DNA of 64,000 bases from Balanoglossus misakiensis (lineage: Eukaryota; Animalia; Hemichordata): positions 4,386,303-4,450,302 of the forward strand of contig CM082582.2 of NCBI GenBank assembly GCA_040954595.2. The letters run 5' to 3'. The translations under genes were made by a program, and so were the position numbers. Positions 12,225-22,502 of this stretch are shown in pieces. The number at the start of each line of letters is the position of its first letter. The first letter of the stretch is position 1. The notes under the pieces were generated by a model, which searched no databases, was not told the DNA's origin, and saw only the letters and a list, made by a program, of their open reading frames with translations.

Positions 12225-14597
12225 ATGGCGTCAAACTTTGACCTGTCCGAACCCCTGGCAACGACAACTGAGAAGACAAACCATGACCGTCTCTGCAGAC
12301 TTGTCAAGGAAGGGGGCACCATAGCGCTTAAGGCCTTATTTGATCGTGTCAACCCACCAAAGCAACTGGCCACCAATCTAGCAGATCCCAACGTGAAGAC
12401 GATTCTACAGAGTGTTCTACGACGGAAACTGATCACACAGAAGCAACATATGATTCTATACCCAACTCCTTTGAGCGCGGTCAGTTCAGGTAACTTTGAT
12501 ATAACTCTATTGATGGTTCTACTCAGAAATATGTGCAATCTGAAGCAACCGAAAACAGGATGGGATAACCTTCCCCGACCTAGTGATGTCTCTATCGAGG
12601 CCGATATTTGCCGAATTAAGTTCTATCGCAACAAACTGTGTCACGGACAAACAGCGAGCGTCAGTAACAGTCATTTTAACGGTTACTGGGGTGATATATG
12701 CAGCGCACTCGTACGTTTGGGAGCTGACAGACAGGCCATTGACAGATTGAAAACTGATATCATGGACAGCGAATTAGAGCAACGAGAAACGGAGGAAGTG
12801 CTTGACAGGGCCAGAGAAGGCATCGCTGTGAAAGATCTGCTTCAGTCCATCTTGAAGTCAATCTTCACGAAGAAAATCGAGGAAATTACGTGCAGCGTTC
12901 ACGAAAATAATCCAATTGAGCTTTACTGCACAGACTGTCAAGTGCCAATTTGCTACACATGTGGACTGGGAAAACACAAAGAGTCCAAAGATCACGTTCT
13001 CATGGACTTGAAGGACGCCGCCCATAACTACAAAGACACCATTCTCATCGAATATGACGAGGAACTTAAAACGAAAGAGGCCGAAGTTGCCGAAAACATC
13101 GTCATCGCCAGAAAAAGCTACGACTCCCTCGAAGAAAACTTGACCGTTCAGACAAAGAAACTTGATAACCTGTCTGAATGCGAGGAAGTGAAGAAACATG
13201 AACTTCGAGAACAGCTTATCTCGCAATACAAGTCCTTGAGAGATGAAATGAAGACTGAAGTAGACAGATTCAGTAACCTTGCCCAAACCTTTAAACATAC
13301 GCGTGCTTTCATTAAGAGTCTTCTGCAAATTGAAAGCGAAGCTAAATTGATGTCTGAAAGCACTGTTCTAACGCAACAAATCAATGAAACTTTGCGTTTG
13401 GAAACCGAGATGGAAAAGAATTATGACGTCATCGGTGAAATCAGTTTGTCACCAACGCCCTCCATGTCTCTGCCTGCCCTGCCGTCGTTGACTTTCCTGG
13501 ATACATTTGATGTTCCTAAGCATATTGACGCCGGGGACACCATAACAATGGACATGGTGGCTTTAAATATTGACTGCGAAAAGGTCACAGACAGCGAACA
13601 CTTCGAAGCGGCGGTAGTCTATGGCGATAATCGGAGTGAGAGATTAGAGATAGTTTCGTCAGACGGCATTGAAGAAACTCATTTTATCTCTTTCACCGCA
13701 AGCAAATCCGGTAAACAAGAAATATCTGTGAAGTTGCGTGGAAATCATATTAAGGGATCACCTTTACAGATAGACGTGTTACCGACTTTGAAATTGTCCC
13801 GTATTCCTTGCAGACAATACGCACAACCAGATGGAGCGAAATTCGCCTGCAGTTTAACAACGGATAACCATGGCAACTTGGTGCTGGGAGACAAAACCTT
13901 GGGGCGGATACAGATAATCGAGAAAGATGGGCGTGAGAAAGGAAATTTCACAGTGTCGCTGGGAGTTGGATCATTCACTCCACAGGCTGTGGCGGTCTCT
14001 GAAGATGACGAGTTATTTTGCGTCAACCGCGGAAACAGAGCAGCTCCAGTAGTGGTGTGCGATGTGCGCGGGGCCGTCGTGCGGACATTTGGTCAGAACA
14101 AACTGAAGGGATATGCCACTGGCATCGCTATCGATAAATCCCGAGGCATTGTCTATGTGGGCGACGACGGAGCTTCAACCATACACGCGTTTCTAACCAG
14201 AGATGGCAGCTTTGTGAAATCGTTCGGTCACGTGACATTTCCAACTTCCATCTCTGTTAACAGCGCTGGTGACGTCATCGTTACCGACAGCAAGGAATCT
14301 AACGTCCAGGTGTTCAATTCGGACTGCGAGTTCCTCTTTGCCTTCGGTTATTTTGGCGTCAATGAAGGGGAATTTTGTCTTCCGGTTGGCTTGGCAGTCG
14401 ACAGGTTCGACAACATGTACATATGCGATACGGGCAACCATCGGGTACAGATGTTTGATCGAGAAGGAAAATTTCTCAAATTCTGCATCAAAATCGGAGT
14501 GCAGTATCCAGAATACATTGCGATATCAGATAACCGCGTTTTTGTCACGGATTCAGAAGACAAGTTCTCGGTAAAATATCTACACAACGAAGTATAG
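12225..14597 (+). CDS. HEPN (DZIP3-like)-B-box-coiled-coil-filamin-NHL protein; RING-less TRIM-NHL-like, 790 aa
   Basis: Single open exon. HEPN NFDITLLMVLLRNMC...TGWD...ADICRIKFYRNKLCH; B-box CSVH..LYCTDCQVPICYTC..KH; coiled coil; filamin ...GKQEISVKLRGNHIKGSP; NHL repeats (e.g. GEFCLPVGLAVDRFDNMYICDTGNHRVQMFD). Likely 5'UTR splice acceptor at 12202. Confidence 0.92.
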   Translation: MASNFDLSEPLATTTEKTNHDRLCRLVKEGGTIALKALFDRVNPPKQLATNLADPNVKTILQSVLRRKLITQKQHMILYPTPLSAVSSGNFDITLLMVLLRNMCNLKQPKTGWDNLPRPSDVSIEADICRIKFYRNKLCHGQTASVSNSHFNGYWGDICSALVRLGADRQAIDRLKTDIMDSELEQRETEEVLDRAREGIAVKDLLQSILKSIFTKKIEEITCSVHENNPIELYCTDCQVPICYTCGLGKHKESKDHVLMDLKDAAHNYKDTILIEYDEELKTKEAEVAENIVIARKSYDSLEENLTVQTKKLDNLSECEEVKKHELREQLISQYKSLRDEMKTEVDRFSNLAQTFKHTRAFIKSLLQIESEAKLMSESTVLTQQINETLRLETEMEKNYDVIGEISLSPTPSMSLPALPSLTFLDTFDVPKHIDAGDTITMDMVALNIDCEKVTDSEHFEAAVVYGDNRSERLEIVSSDGIEETHFISFTASKSGKQEISVKLRGNHIKGSPLQIDVLPTLKLSRIPCRQYAQPDGAKFACSLTTDNHGNLVLGDKTLGRIQIIEKDGREKGNFTVSLGVGSFTPQAVAVSEDDELFCVNRGNRAAPVVVCDVRGAVVRTFGQNKLKGYATGIAIDKSRGIVYVGDDGASTIHAFLTRDGSFVKSFGHVTFPTSISVNSAGDVIVTDSKESNVQVFNSDCEFLFAFGYFGVNEGEFCLPVGLAVDRFDNMYICDTGNHRVQMFDREGKFLKFCIKIGVQYPEYIAISDNRVFVTDSEDKFSVKYLHNEV

Positions 14598-15118
14598 ATA
14601 TTCCGCTTCTGGCGAACATCCAAAGCCCCCATCGAATATTATCCGGCGCAAACCGGTTTCCATCCATGGTTATCGTACTTGAAAACGATGCCATAACTGG
14701 CAATTTCTGAGGAGGGGGGGGGGGGGGGGGGGCAATTTAATACAAACACCAAGGATTAATACCTGTTAGAGTCTATTGGCCCCTCTGCTTATGACAACAT
14801 GATCTGATTAGTCTGACCACGTATCCAAACAACGAGTCATCAACATAAACATGGTAACCATGACAAACTTTAGAACGGACACCAAACGTAAACATTCTCG
14901 CTTCACGATTATTGTGAATATTATTCTTTCAATGTTTTCTGACCACTTATGTAATATGAGAGTGATCTCTATATCACTAGCATTACTACACATATGTTTA
15001 TTTTAGTGGCCACATCTGAGTTAACTAGTTCCACAAGATAAACAAAAAAAATGATCGTGTTTTCTCGATACTCATCCAGAGGGCATTAACGAGGCGTAGA
15101 AACAACGCCGCCGTCGCT

Positions 15119-17006
15119 ATGAATGGGTATGTATGAAAACGACTTGTATTAATTTTAAATATTTTGCCATCCAGAAACACAGAATTTCATACTTCTCAAT
15201 TTAGTATCATTCTATTTGATATCTATTAACACTGGGAACATTGATTTGGTAACTCGTTTTTCTCTTACTGTAATTTCCATGAGTTTGACTAAATATGTCT
15301 GTTATATACTCCAGTTTGGAAAATGGTCTACTAGTTTTCGGTCGAGTGGATTCTCGAATCACACCTGATTATCATAATATCGAATGGATTATACATGTAC
15401 TAACTTCTCTGATATGAATACATGCTAAAACTGAGTGTTTTCATTCTCTATTTTGCTCTGTGTTTTTCTCATAAAGGAAAAGTCTCAATCTCGGTAATAA
15501 TATCAACTGCAGGAACCTGTTTGTTTATCTTAGTGTAGTGACTGTTGTCACTTTCACAGTGTACATTTCTCAAATGAAAATACCTAGTAGGAGGGCGCCG
15601 CCAGCGTTTAGAGTCATGCAGGTACGTAGTGAGCGAAAAGCAATATGGCGGTCGAGTTGGCCGGGCGACACCTTCGGCCAATCGAAAAGTGACCGGGCCA
15701 TCTTTACATGACGTTCAGCGTTCACTGATTAAGAATCACAGCTGTAATACCCACACATCAGTCCACGTCATCACATTTTATATTTACTAATTGCATATCT
15801 CTTTGTCTCGTTCCTTTTGTAAAGTATAAAAGTATTGTTTTATACCATAATATTCTTATGTATATGAATAACTAAATATATTTTCTACAGAAAGTTGGAA
15901 AGGGCGGAGTGTCTATTGGGGATAATAAATTGTCAAACCAGATTGCGAGAATAGAAAAAGAGGAAGATGACAAGAAAGCCAAAAATTCAAACAGTGGCCA
16001 ATTGAATGAAAGTACGTTAACTCGCAATGATTCTCACAAAACTATGAATCTTGTGAAGAAAATAAGTCCAGACTCCAAAATAAACGGGAAAAGTACCACA
16101 TCTATGGCGTCGAGTACTGCCAACTGTAACGAGGTGAAGAATTATCCGGACGATTTTAAAAGTGGTAAAAAATGGCCCTCTCGGTCGAGTGTGGTCATGC
16201 CTGTCTATACATACGGAGGGGGGCCAAGCAATTTCTACAACATGTATAGATGGATGGTGAAATTCGCTATAGCTCATAGGGTTGGTGTTGCCCTTCCTTA
16301 CTTCAAGACGCACGGTACACAAGAGATGGGATCGAGAGGGCTTCGGATGTTCGCGGACACATTTGACGTCGAAAAGTTGAAAGAACTAATGCCTGTGATG
16401 TCCATCGAAGAATTTCGCGACCAGTGCAACGGTGTTATACAGGAGGGAAACCTGGTAGCTCCTGTAAAGCGACCAATGACTGAAATATGTTCTATTTATC
16501 ATAAGGCAGGGGGTTTCAACACGTGCAGCCTTCCTCTCGGTCTGGGCGCTAAGGCCAAATTTATAAGTGACCAAGACGATTACATCATATTGCCTGAGGT
16601 CCGCACTAACTATGAAGCTTTCGTAGACAGCCTAGAAAAGCAAACGGCTTCGGAGAAAAGGCACCTCGCTTTCTACTGCAAAGATCTCAACTACACATGT
16701 AACGTAGAAGTGGAATTCCTTCTCGATGAATACTTCATACGTGCGCCGTACATTCGCCAGATGGGCGAAGAGGCTGCTGGGAAGCTTTGCCGTGGCAACT
16801 ACGCAGTGATGCATTGGAGGAACAAGAGCGCGGAGGGGTTGTCAGGGTAAGTATGTGATGATCCGGGGGTGTAGTCGTATTTTCATTCAAGGGGGTGTGG
16901 CCATTGTTCAAAACATCAATCCATATACACTCCAAAAGTGGCCCACAGTCAGTCAGTCAGTCAGTCAGTCAGTCAGTCAGTCTGTCTGTCTGTCTGTCTG
17001 TATGTA

Positions 17007-17086
<80 letters not shown>

Positions 17087-18056
17087 ATTCTGTCTGTCTG
17101 TCTGTCTGTCTGTCGGTAAGTTATGAGTATGCACACTTCTTTGTTTCAGCAGGTGTCTCAAGCGAAATCCAAATAACAGCGAAACTGAGTGTCAACCGGC
17201 CCTGGCAACTTCCAAACTGCTCCATAACGCCACTCCCTCTATCGTCCGGGAAGTGGAACGAATAATGAAGATGCACAAACTTTCCTGTCTGTATGTCGCT
17301 AAGCCACTCTATCTTCAGGTGAGAACTGAAAGGTTGAACAAATAAGATTTTGCACAGTTGGAGCAATAATTTCCTCTTCCGCCTCATCTACTTCATCATC
17401 ATCATCACGACGACCACCACGACGACGACCACCACCACACCACCACCACCACCACCACCACCACCACCACCACCACCACCACCACCACCACCACCACCAC
17501 CACCACCACCACCACCACCACCACCACACCACACCACACCACCACCACCACCACCACCACCACCACCACCACCACCACCACCACCACCACCACACCACAC
17601 CACCACCACCACCACCACCACCACACCACACCACCACCACCACCACCACCACCACCACCACCACCACCACCACCACCACCACCACCACACCACACCACCA
17701 CCACCACCACCACCACCACCACCACCACCACCACCACCACCACCACCACCACCACCACCACCGCCGCCACCGCCATCATTCTTAATCGTTTTGTGCACCT
17801 CCAACAGACCATAGAACATTATCTCTCTGTGACACAACTCCGCGTCTACACAATCGTCGACTTAATTAAACTTGTTCCATCTTTGAAGAAGTACGAATTG
17901 GACAATTATGTCAAGTCACTGGTGGAACAAGAACTTGCTGAAAGTAAGAATTTCTGTTTAAATGCTGCAAGAAATGAAATGAATTTCAAATGATTGGATA
18001 GACATGGATGATCAATTAATTAATTGATTGACATTGATTGATTGATTGATTGATTT

Positions 18057-18110
<54 letters not shown>

Positions 18111-18363
18111 AGGCAGACAAACAAACAGAAAGACAGACAGACAGGCTGATTGATGATTTAACAGAACTCACTTACATCTCTAAACTTAAAATATATCTGT
18201 GGAATTTCTTATTACAGTTGCTCCGCTGTTCTTCAGCTCGAGAACATCCAACTGGTCATTCTACGTCGAGTTTACCAGAAACATTCGCAAAAGACAAACT
18301 GTGAGTGTCAGAGACTTTCCCGGAATTCCGAAAGAGTTGTTGATGGCAGGCGGGGGTCTATAA
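15119..18363 (+). CDS. Type II membrane GDP-fucose O-fucosyltransferase-like (GT-B fold) protein
   Basis: Phase-compatible exons 15119-15126, 15477-15621 (TM anchor LFVYLSVVTVVTFTVYI), 15891-16846 (YGGGPSNFY; NYAVMHWRNKSAE), 17150-17318 (CLYVAKP), 17808-17943 and 18218-18363 (SLVEQELAEIAPLFFSSRTSNWSFYV, matching the O-FucT C-terminal donor-binding motif). Confidence 0.8.
16946..17114. repeat. (CAGT)n/(CTGT)n tetranucleotide microsatellite, intronic
   Basis: Directly visible. Confidence 0.95.
17395..17775. repeat. (CAC)n microsatellite with CACAC interruptions, intronic
   Basis: Directly visible. Confidence 0.95.
18015..18110. repeat. (ATTG)n microsatellite, intronic
   Basis: Directly visible. 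Confidence 0.9.
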
Positions 18364-18607
18364 GAGACTGCGATGACCTTGCTATTAGTTTGTTCTAATT
18401 TTTAACCTCATTTCTTTGAATAATACAAACACCCGGTAATTCCATAGATTATGATGTGTAATTTGGTTCCCTTGGGATGTGGTGAAATGTTTACTTTACT
18501 CCGTATATTTTTTTTCTTCGTGGCGGCAACGTAGCAAAGTAATTCCACGTGTCATTGCCAAATTTTGTCTCGGTCCGAGATGGGTTGGTAGTCACTACGC
18601 ACGTGTT

Positions 18608-18810
18608 GAGGGGCGAACCATTTGATTTCTGAAGGTGGGTGGGGGATTTGGGTATTTTATCAGTCACTGTAACAAGAAACGTTGTTTTTATTGCCATTCC
18701 TACTTGTTTCTCAAGTCATTGCAAAAGATCGTTTTTCCTCCGCACCATCTTCAAACCCCCCCCCCCAAAAAAAACATCTTCCGCCTCTAGAAATCAAATA
18801 GTTCTCCTCT
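18608..18810. mobile_element. Degenerate ~200-bp MITE
   Basis: Imperfect TIRs GAGGGGCGAACCATTTGATTTCT / AGAAATCAAATAGTTCTCCTCT with internal G- and C-runs. Confidence 0.55.
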
Positions 18811-19876
18811 AAAGTTGTCAGCTGTCTTCAAAATACAACTAATACCCAGTCCCAGGCCTTTCTAAATTCATGTAAATGGCCTTATCCCGGGAGGTGCTAC
18901 CATTAGAAAGCGTATCAATTATGTACCGCAGTTTTGCAATTGACGCCTCCCCTTTCCATGGTGTATAGATTTTAAATCATAATGCATGAACTACTGACAC
19001 AACCCATCTACACATATGTTAATTTGGCCTTTGACGCATATATATCATTTTGTAAAAATGCAGAGATTTGACATGATTTGCCAAAAATGTACACTCTGTT
19101 CCCCAATCCCAAATGAAAAAGTGCAGATTTAGTGCATCGTAGTTTGAACTCATACATTCAGAGCCAAGTGTTCCCCGATCTTTACCTGACCGGTAAGTAG
19201 TTAATAAGTAGCACAGTCATTACACACTGGAGTGACTGTGTAAATAATGATCCCTCTAAAACTGAAAACGGCAATTCCTAATAACTTGAATTTGGATACG
19301 AAACAGATCAGTCTTTCATGAAAGCTTTCATAAAGTTGCATATCAATGTAACAGAATGGGATAATGGTAGTTTAATAATTACTTTCGTACTGAGTGCACA
19401 AAGAATTGTAAATCCCTGCGTTGACTAGACTTGCTCAAGGTCTAGGTCATAATAAATTAAACACATTTTTTCGGCAAAAATATTGTGCCGAGTGTGCACT
19501 GACCGCGTATGTCGTGGGTACCTAACTCACCCAAGGAAGGTAAACAAACGAGTAAAATCTTAGACCCTTCCTCTAGGGTCAATTGTAAAATTATAGAAAG
19601 TATGGTAAAATTAATAAAGAGCCAACAAATGACGCCAAACGGACTAGTGAACTTGTCTTGACCTCAGATATGATAAGAAGTCCCCGCAGCACTTGTGAGT
19701 TATTACCTGGTTAATGGTTAATTCAATTTCGAAACTTTACTTTCAAATCCGTTCTAATGTGCGAAACAAACAACAGGCGCTTAACTGGAGGTGTGAATCA
19801 AGGATTACTTTCAATCCCTCCTAATGTGTGAAACAAACAGGCGCTTGGAGGTGTGAATGGAGGATTATGAATACGC

Positions 19877-19970
19877 TATAAATGGAAGCAGGCGAAGGGG
19901 GGACATCAGTGTGGCCCACAACTCGACAGTGTGTGCAAGAAGACGCCAACCTTCGATTACACATCTCACG
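19877..19970 (+). promoter_or_regulatory. Putative TATA/Inr core promoter and non-coding first exon of the acidic secreted protein gene
   Basis: TATAAA at 19877, Inr-like TCAGT at 19906, donor GTGAGT at 19971, acceptor TTCAG ending at 20581 just upstream of ATG 20604. A duplicated ~50-bp block sits just upstream (19754 and 19822). Confidence 0.55.
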
Positions 19971-20603
19971 GTGAGTAGCTAGTCGCTTCCAGAATGTAGT
20001 AGTCATATCCGTAGTCTCTCACTATTTTCCACATTTTTGTTTCTCCACGAGTCTTTCCAAGTATTCCTAATACCAGCAGTGATGTGGCCGGACTGTTCAG
20101 ATTTACCGGCCAATTCTGACCACGGAGCTAGCTCCATGTTCAGACCGATCCAGTATTGGATATCGAATTACGTGTCGTGTATCACGATTCATTGAAACCT
20201 GATCGAATGAATAATTCGTAGAAGAGAAACTAATCTTATACTGGAAAAATTCCCCTTTCTTCACTTTGTCCATGGATAATGATAGCATGACTGAACAAGA
20301 AATTGTGATTACCAGACATTGCATAAGCGGTTCTTGTAAAACTGTTTTTCTTCGAATATTTTCGAAACCAGAAACCAAATTTCCGAATAAGTTCTAAACC
20401 GTGCACGCTTTAAGCAAATATTAATAACACTTTTTTTATACGGGTTGGCGGTACGACCGATGAGCACAATTACCACATTCAATGTCATGGACCCTTGAGT
20501 GAATGTACATCCCGGTGTCTTGTTGGTATGACATCATGCATCATTACGTTACAATATTTTGTTTCTCTTCTTCATATTCAGGTGATTCATTTGCATAAAC
20601 AAA

Positions 20604-21527
20604 ATGAAGTCTGCAATCGTTTTGGCAGTGTTTCTGCTCGCCGTTTCACACCTCAGCGACGGACGACCGACAGAAGAAAAGTTCAACACCACTGACGTCA
20701 ACACAAACGTCGAGAACCCCACAAAAGATATGAGTGACGTCACCGACGAAAAGATTTCTGAAGACAAGCCAGGAAAGAACTTGCTTGTTAAAATGGAAAA
20801 GGAGTTATACATCGTAGAAAAGTTGAAGGCTATCATCGAAAAGACCGAAAAGATTTATGGAGATATCTTTAGAGAAGAGGACGACGAAGAAAGCAGCGGT
20901 GACATGGATGTAAGTAAACGGCGATGCAACCATTTTGTAAACCCTCTCCATAAACTTGTCAGTGGTACGCAAAGCATTGTAAAACATGCGGATTGATAAA
21001 AATCAAGCGATACTTGATATCTGTGTCGTTTAATGCTGTGCTATCAATACGTAACGACTTGAAATCATGGAGGGGATACTAATATTTTACGCAGCACCAA
21101 GCTCTGGAAACTTGAACTTGTCGGGTTTCCTATAGTCTGCCATCTGTTAGTAGTAAAATGCATGCATACATTTTTGTATTTTGAGGAAATTTTCTCATAC
21201 ATTTTGGTTTGTTTTTCCTCACATTTGGCTGCATATTCTGCCAGACGTGCATTTGTCTTCCCACACTCTTGCTAACCCCTTTCCCAACCACTTTGGCAAA
21301 CTTTAATTCAGGTGAGCGAGGAGAGTAGGGAAAGCGAGGAGGATAAAGATGAGAGCGGGGAGAGTGAGGCAGACAGCGAAGACGAAAGTAGTGAAGAAAG
21401 CAACAGTGACGTTGATGTAAGTGAACAGCAATGCAACCATTTTGTATAGTAGGCCCCCTGAGCCTCTCCAAAACATGATACTGTACACAAAGCAAAACGA
21501 ACGACATCCTAAAACATGTGGATTGGT

Positions 21528-21562
<35 letters not shown>

Positions 21563-22502
21563 GCAATATTTGAAATAAACCATATCGGTTTTTAGTGCTA
21601 TCAACACGCAACGACTTGAAATCATGGAGGGGATACTAAGATTTTACTCAATACAAAGCTCTGGACAAGACGGAAACGTAATCAAACTTGAACTTGTTGG
21701 GTTTCCTAGTGTACGGTGCCACCTGTTAGAAGTAAAACGTATACATTTTTACTATGATATTTTGAGGAAGTTTCCTCATCCATTGCACTTTGTTTTTCCT
21801 TTCACTTGGCTGTATTTTGCAACAAGTGCATTTGTCTTCCCAAATTCTTGCTAACCCCTTTTCCAACCCCTTTGGCAAACTTTAATTCAGGTGAGCGAGG
21901 AAAGCAGGGAAAGCGAGGAGGATGAAGAACGCTTTCGACGGGATGTGAGCGGGGAGAGTGAGGCAGACAGCGAAGACGAAAGTAGTGAAGGAAGCAGCGA
22001 TAACGAAGAGAACAGTTCAGGGGAAGTTGTAGACAACGAGGAAACCGAAGACAACGACGAGGAAACCGAAGACAACGACGAGGAGACCAAAGACAACGAC
22101 CAGGAGACCGAAGAGAACGACGAGGAAACCGAAGACAACGACGATGAGACCGAAGAGAACGACGAGGAGACCGACGAGAACGACGAGGAAACCGAAGACA
22201 ACGACGAGGAAACCGAAGACAACGACGATGAGACCGAAGAGAACGACGAGGAGACCGACGAGAACGACGAGGAAACCGAAGACAACGACCAGGAGACCGA
22301 AGAGAACGACGAGGAAACCGAAGAGAACGACGATGAGACCGAAGAGGACGACGAGGAGACCGAAGACAACGACGAGGAGACCGAAGACAACGACCAGGAG
22401 ACCGAAGAGAACGACGAGGAAACCGAAGAGAACGACGATGAGACCGAAGAGGACGACGAGGAGACCGAAGAGAACGATGAGGAAACCGAAGAGAACAAGT
22501 GA
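20604..22502 (+). CDS. Secreted, highly acidic Asp/Glu-rich low-complexity protein (~340 aa)
   Basis: Signal peptide MKSAIVLAVFLLAVSHLSDG. Exons 20604-20909, 21312-21416 and 21891-22502 are joined by phase-0 GT-AG introns. Many S-x-E motifs, an RFRR furin-type site and 22 heptad repeats. Confidence 0.85.
22038..22499 (+). repeat. Coding 21-bp tandem repeat x22 encoding (E/D/Q)ET(E/D/K)(D/E)(N/D)D
   Basis: Unit GAGGAAACCGAAGACAACGAC and variants. Confidence 0.95.

Noticed and set aside
16855-17837. SVCL-repeat, poly-Pro, poly-Trp and poly-Gly ORFs
   Set aside because: Intronic microsatellites of the fucosyltransferase-like gene; the real exon (17150-17318) is in another frame.
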